From NCBI GenBank assembly GCA_910584795.1, contig CAJUBZ010000009.1, positions 21,396 through 85,395 of the forward strand: a DNA stretch of 64,000 nucleotides. Direction: 5' to 3'. Both the position numbers and the translations under genes were made by a program. This document shows positions 49,547 through 60,203 of the stretch, one piece after another. The notes under the pieces were generated by a model. That model was given only the letters and a program-made list of their open reading frames with translations. It was not told the origin of the DNA and did no database searches. Position 1 is the stretch's first letter. Each line of letters begins with the position of its first letter. The DNA comes from an uncultured Eubacterium sp. Lineage in GTDB: Bacteria > Bacillota > Clostridia > Lachnospirales > Lachnospiraceae.

Positions 49547-50221
49547 CTATATATTCTCTATCTGCCAGTCTATCGGTTCTACACCATTTGCTTTCAAAAA
49601 TTCGTTTGCTTTACTGAAATGTTTACATCCAAAAAATCCTCTATATGCTGATAACGGGCTTGGATGTGGTGCCTCTAATATTAAATGTTTGGGATTCGTA
49701 AGCATAGACTTTTTTCTTCTTGCCGGACTTCCCCACAAGAAATATACAATAGGTCTGTCTTGAGCATTCACTGCCTGAATTACTGCATCTGTAAACTGTT
49801 CCCATCCATGCCCCTGATGAGAATTTGCCTGATGTGCCCTTACCGTGAGTACTGTATTAAGCAGCAATACGCCCTGCTCTGCCCATTTTTTTAAATATCC
49901 GTTATTTGGTATATTGCATCCCAAATCATCATGTAGCTCCTGATAAATATTCACAAGAGAAGGCGGTGTATCATTTCCGGGTAAAACAGAAAAAGACAAA
50001 CCGTGTGCCTGGTTTACATTATGGTATGGATCCTGTCCCAACAATAATACTTTTACATCTTTTAAAGGTGTAAAATGAAAAGCATTAAATATATCATCTG
50101 CCGGTGGATATATTACAGTCCTACTGTATTCCTCCCGTACAAAGTTATACAAATCCCTATAGTACGGCTTTCTAAATTCCATATTTAATGGTTCTACCCA
50201 GTCATTGTCAATCATTCCCAT
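49547..50221 (-). CDS. ung: Uracil-DNA glycosylase
   Basis: GQDPYH, PPSLVNI, GVLLLN, HPSPLS; ATG 50221. Confidence 0.96.
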   Translation of the reverse strand: MGMIDNDWVEPLNMEFRKPYYRDLYNFVREEYSRTVIYPPADDIFNAFHFTPLKDVKVLLLGQDPYHNVNQAHGLSFSVLPGNDTPPSLVNIYQELHDDLGCNIPNNGYLKKWAEQGVLLLNTVLTVRAHQANSHQGHGWEQFTDAVIQAVNAQDRPIVYFLWGSPARRKKSMLTNPKHLILEAPHPSPLSAYRGFFGCKHFSKANEFLKANGVEPIDWQIENI

Positions 50222-50243
50222 AATTTTCCTCCTAAAATGTTTT

Positions 50244-51113
50244 TTATATAATTTCCTCAATAAAGTTTCTATCATTAAACACTTTTAACGCATTTGGTAT
50301 CAATTCAATCTCAAAATGCTTTGAACACATGGATTCTCCATCTACATTAAATGTACAAAATTCCTCTGAATCTACTATAATTTTTTTCTCTGAATATCTT
50401 TTCACACAAGGCGAATCTTCATGTTTCGCTTTGAGAAGCTTTAACAAAATCGGAATTATTTTTGGCTTAGACATCTTTTCCACAAAATAGATATCAAACA
50501 TTCCATCATCCAATAATGCATGGGGTGCAATGCGGAATCCACCACCATAATACTGACCGTTTCCAATGGCTAATATTGTACACTCATTCTCTACCTGTGT
50601 CTCTCCCATAGTAATTTTCAGTTTCTTAAACTGATATTTAAAATATGTATAAACCAGACTTGCATTGTATCTCTGACTTACCGGAATCCATTTTCTATGT
50701 CGCACATGTTTTAAGTTTTCTGCCACATCAGCGTCCATACCTAAACATACAACATTTACGAAAAAACGATGATTAATCCGTCCTACATCAATCGTAACAA
50801 TACCTGAAGAATACTTTTTTAATGTCTTTTCAAAATCATTTCCACTGCCTGTTGGAATATTGCCTAACACTTTATGTTCTGATGACATAATTCCGTTCAG
50901 CACATCATTTAATGTTCCATCCCCTCCCACTGAAAAAACAACACACTCTTTATCGGGAATTCTATTAGCCAGTGCTTTCGCGTCACCCTCTTTTTTTGTA
51001 TACATTATCTCATAGGATATCTCTCTTTTCAGACAGGCTGTCCGAATATTTTTTTCAATTCTTCCTTTTTCCATTCTTCCACTGTCAGGGTTCACGATAA
51101 AATAATATTTCAT
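50244..51113 (-). CDS. Diacylglycerol/lipid kinase family (YegS/BmrU)
   Basis: NPDSG, GGDGT, PTGSGNDF, NGQYYGGG, VDGE. Confidence 0.9.
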   Translation of the reverse strand: MKYYFIVNPDSGRMEKGRIEKNIRTACLKREISYEIMYTKKEGDAKALANRIPDKECVVFSVGGDGTLNDVLNGIMSSEHKVLGNIPTGSGNDFEKTLKKYSSGIVTIDVGRINHRFFVNVVCLGMDADVAENLKHVRHRKWIPVSQRYNASLVYTYFKYQFKKLKITMGETQVENECTILAIGNGQYYGGGFRIAPHALLDDGMFDIYFVEKMSKPKIIPILLKLLKAKHEDSPCVKRYSEKKIIVDSEEFCTFNVDGESMCSKHFEIELIPNALKVFNDRNFIEEII

Positions 51114-51136
51114 AACTTTTCTCTCGTTTTCTTATG

Positions 51137-51898
51137 TTAAATCCTTACCGATACTCCTTTTTCATTCAGATAATGTTTCAAATCCATGATTTCCAATTCT
51201 TTATAATGAAATAAAGATGCTGCAAGGGCTGCATCTGCCTTTCCCTCTGTCAGTGCATCATAAAAATGCTCCCTGCTTCCTGCTCCACCTGATGCAATTA
51301 CAGGAATTGAGACATTCTCGGCAATCGTTCTGGTCAGTTCTAAATCATATCCCTTCTTCACACCATCACAGTCCATGCTTGTTAGAAGTATTTCTCCTGC
51401 CCCAAGCTGATTCGCTTTCATGGCCCATTCTACGGCATCAATCCCCATATCTACACGACCGCCGTTTTTATAAATATTCCATCCACTGCCATCTGCTCTT
51501 CTTTTCGCATCAATCGCTACAACCACACACTGACTCCCAAACTTATCTGCTGCCTCACTGATTAAATTCGGATTCATGATTGCCGAAGAATTAATGCTGA
51601 TCTTGTCAGCACCTTCACGTAACAATGCCTTAAAATCATCAACAGTACGGATTCCACCACCAACTGTAAATGGTATAAAAACCTGTTCAGCCACCTTTCT
51701 GACCAAATCTACTACTGTTGCTCTATGGTCTGATGATGCCGTAATATCTAAAAAAACAAGTTCGTCTGCACCTGCTTTATTATATGCCTTTGCGACTTCT
51801 ACCGGATCGCCTGCGTCTCTCAAATTCACAAAATTCGTTCCTTTTACAACTCTGTTGTTATTTATATCCAAACACGGAATAATTCTTTTCGTATGCAT
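51137..51898 (-). CDS. hisF: Imidazole glycerol phosphate synthase cyclase subunit
   Basis: [31 protein letters not shown]. Confidence 0.97.
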   Translation of the reverse strand: MHTKRIIPCLDINNNRVVKGTNFVNLRDAGDPVEVAKAYNKAGADELVFLDITASSDHRATVVDLVRKVAEQVFIPFTVGGGIRTVDDFKALLREGADKISINSSAIMNPNLISEAADKFGSQCVVVAIDAKRRADGSGWNIYKNGGRVDMGIDAVEWAMKANQLGAGEILLTSMDCDGVKKGYDLELTRTIAENVSIPVIASGGAGSREHFYDALTEGKADAALAASLFHYKELEIMDLKHYLNEKGVSVRI

Positions 51899-51968
51899 TT
51901 ATTTCTCCAATCTACACAAAATCCAATGTTATAAATATCTTTGTTACACATGTACCTTTTATTCTTTA

Positions 51969-52574
51969 TCAGATTCTGGCAAAATTCTTTAATATATTTA
52001 ATCCTACATCCCCACTCTTCTCTGGATGAAACTGACATGCAAATACATTATCCTTTTCAACAGATGCATGGATATCTACCACATAATCTGTTTTTGCCTT
52101 TACTATCTGTTCTTCTCTTGCCTTTAAGTAGAATGAATGTACAAAATAAACATAAGACTGTTCTTCAATCCCCTCAAACAATCTTCCGCTATTTATGAGC
52201 TCTAATGAATTCCATCCGATATGTGGAATCTTAAAACCCGGTTTGTCCGGAATTTTTACGATCTCTCCCGGTAATATTCCAAGTCCCTTCATTCCTGTTG
52301 TCTCATCGCTGCTTTCAAACAACAGCTGAAGCCCAAGACAAATCCCTAAAAATGGAGTCTTCTTATCTACAACATCATAAATAGTATTTACCAAATGATA
52401 ATCTCTTAATTTTGTCATTGCATCTCCAAAGGAACCTACTCCTGGAAGCACTACCTTATCTGCCGAAAGTATCACATCTCTGTCTCTGGATAAAACGGTT
52501 TCCTCTCCCAAAAACTGAAATGCTTTCTCTACACTTTTTATATTTCCTGCATCATAATCAATTATTGCAATCAT
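51969..52574 (-). CDS. hisH: Imidazole glycerol phosphate synthase glutaminase subunit
   Basis: LPGVG, GICLGLQ, YFVHSF, QFHPEKS. Confidence 0.96.
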   Translation of the reverse strand: MIAIIDYDAGNIKSVEKAFQFLGEETVLSRDRDVILSADKVVLPGVGSFGDAMTKLRDYHLVNTIYDVVDKKTPFLGICLGLQLLFESSDETTGMKGLGILPGEIVKIPDKPGFKIPHIGWNSLELINSGRLFEGIEEQSYVYFVHSFYLKAREEQIVKAKTDYVVDIHASVEKDNVFACQFHPEKSGDVGLNILKNFARI

Positions 52575-54070
52575 TCACTCTGCCTCTCTTCTAAGTTATT
52601 GCAGTCTAACTCAAACCAAAACTCTACTCCATTTTCTTTGTTAATTACACCATATGCCTTATTATGTCTGTCCATAATTGCCTTGACAATAGAAAGACCA
52701 ATACCATTTCCGCCATAAGCTCTGGTTCGTGCTTTATCTACTTTGTAGAATTTAATCCAGATATTATCTAAATCTTCTGTAGGTATATTTTCTCCTGTGT
52801 TAAAAACTGCTACTCTTACTATACCATTTTTTCTGATAATTTCTACTTTTATTATTTTATTTTCATCAACATGATTCAGTGCATTGCTCAAATAATTCGT
52901 AATTACTTCTTCTATCTGAAATTCATCTGCCCAGACAAAAACCTCTTCATCACAGGCAAACTGTATTTCTACCCCCTTTTGCTTTGCCTGAAGTTTCATA
53001 GAAGATATCACACCATAGATGACCGAAATAAGATTAAACCGCTCCATATTTACATGGGAATCTCCAAACTCTAATTGATTTAAAGTAAGCAGACTCTTTA
53101 CCATTTTATTCATCTTATTTGCCTCATCCATAATCACATCACAATAATACTGCATATCTTCCGGATTTTCTGTAATTCCTTCCTGTAATCCTTCCGCATA
53201 TCCTTGTATTAATGCAATCGGCGTTTTTAATTCATGAGATACATTTGAGATAAACTCCTTTCGCATCTCATCTACTTCTTCTTTTTTCTCAATATCTTTT
53301 TGCAATTCAATATTGGCAGACTTCAGTTCAGAAATAGCCTTCTCCAGTTTTTCTGACATATCGTTCATACTATTTCCAAGGATACCTAATTCATCATTAT
53401 GATGTCCTGTATATCTTGCATCAAAGTCTAACTCAGACATTTTTTTTGATATATCTGCTAACTGTAACAAAGGTCTTGTATACTTACTGGTAACAATTAA
53501 TATAACTATCGTAGCAATAATAATAGCAATAACACCTATCCATAAATAAAAATTATTAGAAATACTGATGCTTTCCTTAAAGCTCTCAACAGACATACGA
53601 ACAATAGCCGAACCTCCATTATCGAATGTACTAAACAGCTCATAATACTTATCTGTTGAAGATTTATCCACTGTAGAATGTATTTGATATCCTTCTCCGG
53701 ACTCAATCAAAACAGTTTCTCCACCTTGTCCTGTACTTCTTCCAAATATCATATCTCTCCAGATATCTGTAAGTTTCTGTCCTGCACCATACTCATAAAT
53801 TGCATTTCCATTCTCGTTCACAACAATCATGGTTACCCCTGATGTTTCGCATACACGGTTTAATTTATCAACACTAAACGTATTTGTAATATTGCTGTCA
53901 TTTTTTATAATATCTCTTAAATTGTAATATACATTTTTAATCGATACTTGCTTCGTACTGCTGTAATACCGCTCCATAAAAAGACTGCTGTATATTACTA
54001 CAGAAGCCATTGATACTGTCATAATTGTAATAATAAGTGCTGCCATTTTATAGCGGATCGATTTTCTCAT
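52571..54070 (-). CDS. Sensor histidine kinase (HAMP-HisKA-HATPase)
   Basis: Two TM helices, SHELKTP, NYLSNA, GNGIGL. Confidence 0.93.
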   Translation of the reverse strand: MRKSIRYKMAALIITIMTVSMASVVIYSSLFMERYYSSTKQVSIKNVYYNLRDIIKNDSNITNTFSVDKLNRVCETSGVTMIVVNENGNAIYEYGAGQKLTDIWRDMIFGRSTGQGGETVLIESGEGYQIHSTVDKSSTDKYYELFSTFDNGGSAIVRMSVESFKESISISNNFYLWIGVIAIIIATIVILIVTSKYTRPLLQLADISKKMSELDFDARYTGHHNDELGILGNSMNDMSEKLEKAISELKSANIELQKDIEKKEEVDEMRKEFISNVSHELKTPIALIQGYAEGLQEGITENPEDMQYYCDVIMDEANKMNKMVKSLLTLNQLEFGDSHVNMERFNLISVIYGVISSMKLQAKQKGVEIQFACDEEVFVWADEFQIEEVITNYLSNALNHVDENKIIKVEIIRKNGIVRVAVFNTGENIPTEDLDNIWIKFYKVDKARTRAYGGNGIGLSIVKAIMDRHNKAYGVINKENGVEFWFELDCNNLEERQSE

Positions 54071-54748
54071 TTAATTTACCTCAAACTTATATCCCATTCC
54101 CCAGATTGTCAAAATGTATTTTCCACATTCACCCAACTTGCTTCTCAACTTTTTTACATGAGTGTCTATGGTTCTGGCATCTCCAAAATAATCATAATTC
54201 CAAACATTATTTAAAATATTTTCTCTAGATAATGCAATTCCTTTATTCTGCACAAAATAAGTCAACAACTCAAACTCTTTGAAACTCAAATCTACGACTT
54301 CACCTTTGACCATTACAAGATGAGCTGCTTTATTGATTTCAATATCACCTGCCGTTACAATTTCATTCTGGTCTATATTGCTGGTTCTTCTCAGCAAAGC
54401 ATCTACCCTTGCCACTAAAATTCTTGGACTAAAAGGTTTTGAAATATATTCATCCACACCCAATTCAAAACCTAACAATTCATCGCTCTCTTCTCCCTTT
54501 GCAGTCAGCATAATGATAGGAACTTTCGAGACTTTTCTGATTTCACGACACACTTCCCATCCGTCCATTTTGGGCATCATTACATCTAAGATGATTAAAT
54601 CAAAATCATTATGTTTCACAAACAAATCAATTGCTTCTTCACCATTCTCCGCCTCAACTACCTTATACTGTTTTCTTGTCAGAAAATCTTTTACCAGTTT
54701 TCTCATTCTATCTTCATCATCTACCATTAAAATCTTCAACTCCGGCAT
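54071..54748 (-). CDS. OmpR-family response regulator
   Basis: VDDE, LDVMMP, KPF, RTIDTHVKKLR. Confidence 0.94.
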   Translation of the reverse strand: MPELKILMVDDEDRMRKLVKDFLTRKQYKVVEAENGEEAIDLFVKHNDFDLIILDVMMPKMDGWEVCREIRKVSKVPIIMLTAKGEESDELLGFELGVDEYISKPFSPRILVARVDALLRRTSNIDQNEIVTAGDIEINKAAHLVMVKGEVVDLSFKEFELLTYFVQNKGIALSRENILNNVWNYDYFGDARTIDTHVKKLRSKLGECGKYILTIWGMGYKFEVN

Positions 54749-55040
54749 ACTAACCTCCTAGCTCATTAAAATCTATTATATTTTATTTATTATAATTTAA
54801 CAATAATATGTGTAGATTTCATGAACAGAAAAGTGAATTCCGGCTTATCGAGGAGACTTTCCTACTACGAACCGATATTTATATTTCGCATTTGTTTATC
54901 ATTCGTCAGCTTTTAATTTTCTTTATATGGCTTTATTGTGTATGTCATACTATGCACATATGATTTTATCGCAATAAAAAAGCATATGCCGTTTATACAG
55001 TCACTTGCTTTTTTATTCCGACAAACCAGAATTTTAAACA

Positions 55041-55062
55041 GACTAGACGGGAATCAATCCAT
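55041..55062 (-). repeat. Degenerate duplicate of the tmRNA 3' end (att-like scar)
   Basis: GACTAGACGGGAATC-AATCCAT vs GACTAGATGGGAGTCGAACCCAT (55353-55375). Confidence 0.6.
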
Positions 55063-55350
55063 TTTCCTTCTATGTCACGACTCTCTTAATACAAAATCCC
55101 TTTATAAAATTTATAATCTTTGTATCATTATCTGACTCATAGAATTCAATTAACAAAAATATTTTAGCGCTCTTAATTCTATATCCTTTATTTTTTCTAT
55201 TTTCTCAACTGAAAATAAAGATGAGGTACAAAAACTTTGTACCTCATTTTATTTGATAACAAATTGAAAAAAGATTCTGCTAAAAATAATCCTTTAGGTT
55301 GCCTCATTGTCAGTTTCATCTCAAATCTTCTTATTTGTCAGACCTTTTAG

Positions 55351-55687
55351 TGGACTAGATGGGAGTCGAACCCATGTCCAAAAACCCTTCCACTGTTCTT
55401 CTACTATCATAGTCCGTTCTTTTACTTTCCCTCAGAATAACGGAAACGAACATCCTTTATCCCTTGGTAGCTTCATATTGCTTCTACATACGCAAAGCTT
55501 TGTATATAGAGTTCCCTACGAAAGTCGATGCCAGCGAACAAGCTGTAGGAGACTTATTCGTGACAGCTGCAACTAGGCAGCGTAAGCTAAATTATCTTCA
55601 GCGTTTAATTTTAAGTTTGTGATTTGACGCATCACCTACGAATAGCTTCACCAGATTCCAAGTCCCTGTCGAAACCAGTACTAGCCC
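55351..55687 (-). ncRNA. ssrA: tmRNA; tag reading frame AEDNLAYAA* at 55573-55602
   Basis: GGGCTAG/CTAGTCC acceptor stem with G3-U70, GGTTTCGAC, GGTTCGACTCC T-arm, tag ending YAA. Confidence 0.96.
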
Positions 55688-55824
55688 TTACTGGATTTAA
55701 TTGTGTAAACAGTATCTTAAACCTTTTAAATTAAAAAGTCAACAATCTTATAACCATTTTTTTTGACACTTTATTACAATTTAGACATTTGCTTCATAAA
55801 GCTTTACTCTTTTCCCTGTTATGA

Positions 55825-55915
55825 CTCACCCTATTTACAAAAAGAGCTGAGATTTAAAATCCGGTAAAAAGTCCGTTTTAATCTCTATTCTTTTTGTGCA
55901 TAGCTGAACTGTTGC
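55825..55915 (+). repeat. Partial (right-half) copy D of the 142 bp element family
   Basis: CTCACCCTAT linker, long stem ACAAAAAGA..GAGATT/AATCTC..TCTTTTTGT, end GCATAGCTGAACTGTTGC. Confidence 0.6.
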
Positions 55916-55971
55916 ACATATTCTTTTTCAAAATACATACACTATATATGTATATGGGAAAGGAGCAATAC

Positions 55972-56472
55972 ATGTTAAAAAATTTTAATAGATTTATTTT
56001 ATTCGGAATAATTTTTACATTTATCCTCGGAACACTGCTCCACTTTGTTTATGGCTGGTCAGGTTCCAATGTAATTGTAGGAATTTTCTCTCCTGTAAAT
56101 GAAAGTGTATGGGAACATCTGAAACTTTTATATTTTCCGATGAGTCTCTGGATTTTTTTAGGATACTCCAAATTCGGAAAAAATAACTGTAATTATCTTC
56201 TTTCTGCAATTATAGGATTTCTATGTGGTGTAGTTTCCATTCCGGTACTGTTTTATCTATATACGTTTTTTACCCAGAAAAGTATTCTCGTAATAGATAT
56301 TATTATTTTTATCATCGGTATAGTCATCAGTTTTCTTGTAATGGCTTTTGTTTATAAAAACTACGCGTTTCGTTGCAGACCTGTAAAATTAATATTAATA
56401 TGGGAACTGATTTTTATTTTGTTTGTAATATTTACAATCTTTCCACCAGACTTTTTTCTTTTCAAATCCTAA
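55972..56472 (+). CDS. Membrane protein (DUF6512-like)
   Basis: GTLLHFVYGWS, PVNESVWEHLKL, several TM helices; ATG 55972 behind AAGGAG. Confidence 0.75.
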   Translation: MLKNFNRFILFGIIFTFILGTLLHFVYGWSGSNVIVGIFSPVNESVWEHLKLLYFPMSLWIFLGYSKFGKNNCNYLLSAIIGFLCGVVSIPVLFYLYTFFTQKSILVIDIIIFIIGIVISFLVMAFVYKNYAFRCRPVKLILIWELIFILFVIFTIFPPDFFLFKS

Positions 56473-56530
56473 CGCTACATTATGATTCTAAATATATAAT
56501 TATTATCCCTTTTCTAACAAAGGGATAATA

Positions 56531-56580
56531 ATAAAAATAGTGTAGAAAATATACAACCGTATTTTCTACACTATTTTTAT
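56531..56580. terminator. Bidirectional terminator
   Basis: ATAAAAATAGTGTAGAAAATA / TATTTTCTACACTATTTTTAT. Confidence 0.75.
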
Positions 56581-56607
56581 TTTTAACAAGTCTCAGCCTA
56601 TTCTATC

Positions 56608-57969
56608 CTATTTATTTACTTTCGCTTTCTTTGCTTCTAATGCTTTATCTGTAGGCTTTACCATAATCAGACAAATTAACATTGCCGCAACATAGAGTGC
56701 GATTGTTGCATATAATACATACTGATATCCTGTCGGATTTACAACTATTGGTTCTCCATGGCTCATGATTGTCTTTGGCTCACCAAAATGTTCTACAATC
56801 CAGTTGGCAAGCTGATTACCTGTAAGTCCAGCAAATCCCCATGCTGACAATGTAATACCATGTATTGCACTGATACTTCCCATTCCATAATGGTCAGATA
56901 ACAATGTCGGTACATTCGAAAATCCACCGCCATATCCTGCATTCACAACAAAAATCAACGCAAGTACAAGTACGATAAGGAACATATTTCCCTCACCATT
57001 CTTAATACCACCTGTCAACATAACCGCAGCTGTAAATACAATCGAAAGTGCGAATATAATTTTATAAATTGTATTTCTATCTTTCATCTTGTCTGCCCAT
57101 GCAGAAAATCCAAGACGTCCACCTGCATTAAACACAGCAGAAACTGTAGAAATAACACCTACAATACCAGCAAGTCCAATGCACTTCACAATCATTTTTT
57201 CCTGTGAAATTAAAGCTAATCCACAAGTAATATTAATGTAGAACATTAACCATATACCAACATAATTTGAAATCGGCTTTGTCTTAATTACTGATAGAAT
57301 GCTCTGCTTATCTTCTTTATTCTGTGGTTCATGCCATCCTTCCGGTTTCTTTAATAACAAATGACCAACAAACATCATAACAAAATAAACTACAGCCAGA
57401 ATCCAGAACATTTTAAAGATTCCGCCCTTTCCTAAATTGTCAAGAAGACTCTGCATAATTGGACTTGCAATCGCCTTTGCTGCACCAAATCCTGCTACTG
57501 CAAGACCTGTCGCAAGACCTTTTCTATCTTCAAACCAAAGCATTAATGTTTTTACCGGTGATAAATATCCTGTACCCAGTCCGATACCCATGATAAAACC
57601 ATAACATATGTAAATTCCAATTAATGCAATCATGCTGCCTTTGTGAGCACCACCATAATAAATGAAAAAGCCTGTACCAGCCATACCACATGCAAAGCAT
57701 ATTGTTGCGATAAGAGATGACTTATGTATATCTTTTTCTACAACATTTCCAAGAAAGGCTGCTGACATACCTAAGAAAAAGATTGCAAAACTGAATGCCC
57801 ACTCTGTAGCACCTTTTGAAAAGCCAATATAATCTGCTATTTCCTGACTAAAAATTGACCAACAATAAACTGTACCAATACTACAATGTAATAATAATGC
57901 AGGGATTGCTGCTCTGATCCACTTGTTAGAGCGCCAGCCCTTTTGTGTTTTCACGTTTTCCGTGTTCAT
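56608..57969 (-). CDS. MFS transporter, oxalate:formate antiporter (OFA) family
   Basis: IGTVYCWSIF, GIGLGTGY, WFEDRKGLATGLAVAGFG, NAGGR; ATG 57969. Confidence 0.88.
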   Translation of the reverse strand: MNTENVKTQKGWRSNKWIRAAIPALLLHCSIGTVYCWSIFSQEIADYIGFSKGATEWAFSFAIFFLGMSAAFLGNVVEKDIHKSSLIATICFACGMAGTGFFIYYGGAHKGSMIALIGIYICYGFIMGIGLGTGYLSPVKTLMLWFEDRKGLATGLAVAGFGAAKAIASPIMQSLLDNLGKGGIFKMFWILAVVYFVMMFVGHLLLKKPEGWHEPQNKEDKQSILSVIKTKPISNYVGIWLMFYINITCGLALISQEKMIVKCIGLAGIVGVISTVSAVFNAGGRLGFSAWADKMKDRNTIYKIIFALSIVFTAAVMLTGGIKNGEGNMFLIVLVLALIFVVNAGYGGGFSNVPTLLSDHYGMGSISAIHGITLSAWGFAGLTGNQLANWIVEHFGEPKTIMSHGEPIVVNPTGYQYVLYATIALYVAAMLICLIMVKPTDKALEAKKAKVNK

Positions 57970-58066
57970 AATATTTCCTCCTACTGTATCCTCAATAAAC
58001 ACCTATGTTTAAATTTCAAACATAGGTGTCCAAACATTCCAATTATATCTCTTATTTCGACAATAT

Positions 58067-59503
58067 TCAACCCTGTGAATCTGTTTTTTGTACTTTAGGA
58101 AGTTCAATATAAAACACAACTCCATTTTCTTTATTTTCAAATCCATATTTTCCATTATGCATTTCCACAATACTTTTAACCAAATGAAGTCCTAAACCAC
58201 TTCCTTTCTGACCATTTAAATTGCCATCGTTTCCCTGATAAAACATGTCCCATATATTATCTTTTTTCCTAACATCAATAGGGGTCCCATCGTTCTCTAC
58301 TTCTACACGAATATTATCTTCAAAGGATAATAGTCTGACAAAAATATTTCCATTATCCTTACAATGCTTGATTGCATTTGTTATATAATTACTAACCGCC
58401 TGAGTAAAAAATTTCTCATTTACCTGAGCAAAACATTCCTTTGGATAATCCTCATGTATCGCAATATTATTTATTTCAAGAAGTTTGTCATAATCCCTAC
58501 ATGTGAACTCAACTAACTCAATAATATCGGAATAAGAAACTTTAAGGTTCTCTTCATCATTTTGTATCGAATAAATAATAATCATATCATTAATCATCTG
58601 AGACATATGCTCCGTCTCTTCAATAATCGACTGATAATATTCTTTTTTCTTATTTTCATCCTGCAAAATTTCTAACATCTCAACCTGATTTGAAATAATA
58701 GCAAGAGGCGTTTTCATTTCATGGGATACATTATTTACAAACTGTCTTCTTAAATTTTCAGCGTTTGTTTTTCTCTGAATTTCCTCTTCCAGACTTTCAA
58801 TCTGTTCCCTGATTTTAACCATCATTTTATTGATGCTTTCAGCAAGCCCCGATAACTCCAGAAACTCCTGTTCTTCACTAATATTAATATTATAATTGTT
58901 ATTGACAGCCTCTCTCGTATTTGCTTCTATTTGTTTTATCGGTTTACAAATCATATTAGAAATAATAATCGACACGATAATCCCTACAATTGCAACTACT
59001 ATTATTACCATTCCGAAAAACAGTGTATAATATGAAAAATGTATTTTCATATTAGTCTTTAATTCATAAATATATACATAATATTGATGTCCATCTTGGG
59101 AAATAATTGCTCTTCCTGAAATTTTACCCGGACCATTCCGCATCTTTAACTCGTTTAACTTATACCGATCCATTTTATCAATAACTTGATTTTTTATTTT
59201 TGCATTCAGTACTTTTTTATTCTTCTGCTTTTTTGTTGTGACATGAATCAGTTCAAAATTTTCATCACAAATAATAAACCTTAATTTCTGCTCTTCAAAA
59301 GACATAATGCCTTTATCCTTATAAGAAATATGACGAATATCCTGCTCTGTCAAATAATTAAAGGCTTTCTTAATCACATGCATCTTTCTATTAAAATAAT
59401 ATTCTTCTGAAAATGCACTGAATGCGACAAACAAAATACCAAGAATGCTAAAAATCATCAAAGTCTGCATGATAATCATTTTACTTTTTATTGTTTTAAA
59501 CAT
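58067..59503 (-). CDS. Sensor histidine kinase
   Basis: Two TM helices, SHEMKTP, NYITNA, GSGLGL. Confidence 0.92.
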   Translation of the reverse strand: MFKTIKSKMIIMQTLMIFSILGILFVAFSAFSEEYYFNRKMHVIKKAFNYLTEQDIRHISYKDKGIMSFEEQKLRFIICDENFELIHVTTKKQKNKKVLNAKIKNQVIDKMDRYKLNELKMRNGPGKISGRAIISQDGHQYYVYIYELKTNMKIHFSYYTLFFGMVIIVVAIVGIIVSIIISNMICKPIKQIEANTREAVNNNYNINISEEQEFLELSGLAESINKMMVKIREQIESLEEEIQRKTNAENLRRQFVNNVSHEMKTPLAIISNQVEMLEILQDENKKKEYYQSIIEETEHMSQMINDMIIIYSIQNDEENLKVSYSDIIELVEFTCRDYDKLLEINNIAIHEDYPKECFAQVNEKFFTQAVSNYITNAIKHCKDNGNIFVRLLSFEDNIRVEVENDGTPIDVRKKDNIWDMFYQGNDGNLNGQKGSGLGLHLVKSIVEMHNGKYGFENKENGVVFYIELPKVQKTDSQG

Positions 59504-59504
59504 T

Positions 59505-60194
59505 TTAAATCTCAAATATGTATCCTATACCATATATTGATTTAATATACGGACATTCCTCTCCTAGTTTTATTCTGATTTGCTTAATAATTGTGTCAAC
59601 AGTTCTATAAGTTCCATCATAATCTGCTCCCCAGACTGCATCCAGAATCTGCTCCCGTTTCAGTGTCACATTCTGATTTTGTATAAAGAACTTTAATAAA
59701 TCAAACTCTTTTGGTGTTGTAATAATATAATTACCATCCACATAAATCTTTCTGGCTTTACAGTCAAGTCTCAGTTTATCTGCTACAAGCTCTTCTATGT
59801 TATCCTCTTCCTTTTGTGTACGTTTTAACACAGCCTCTACTCTTGCCTTTAAAACTGCCAGCATAAAAGGTTTCTTGATATAATCATCTACACCGTTTCC
59901 AAAGCTTTTAATCTGCTCATAATCTCCTGATTTTGCTGTCATCATGATGACCGGCACCTCTGAGATTTCCCGAATCTTTTTTAATACAAATTGCCCGTCA
60001 TAAATCGGCAGCATGATGTCTAAAAGAACCAGGCTAATTTCGTTCATTTGTTCTTCAAACTCCCAAACTGCCTCTTCACCATCCCTTGCTTCAATAATAT
60101 CGTAATCATATAGTTTCAAAAAATCAGAGACCGTTGTCCGCAATTTCTCCTCATCTTCAACAATTAAGATTTTTTTCCTGATATCTTTTTTCAT
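59505..60194 (-). CDS. OmpR-family response regulator
   Basis: VEDE, LDIMLP, KPF, RTVDTIIKQIR. Confidence 0.93.
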   Translation of the reverse strand: MKKDIRKKILIVEDEEKLRTTVSDFLKLYDYDIIEARDGEEAVWEFEEQMNEISLVLLDIMLPIYDGQFVLKKIREISEVPVIMMTAKSGDYEQIKSFGNGVDDYIKKPFMLAVLKARVEAVLKRTQKEEDNIEELVADKLRLDCKARKIYVDGNYIITTPKEFDLLKFFIQNQNVTLKREQILDAVWGADYDGTYRTVDTIIKQIRIKLGEECPYIKSIYGIGYIFEI

Positions 60195-60203
60195 GAATTC
60201 CTC

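Noticed and set aside
55307..55576. 89 aa + strand ORF
   Set aside because: Antisense to tmRNA.
55912..55945. SigK/SigE-like promoter (ACA...CATACACTA) before the DUF6512-like gene
   Set aside because: Short motif in AT-rich DNA with ambiguous spacing; not supportable by eye.
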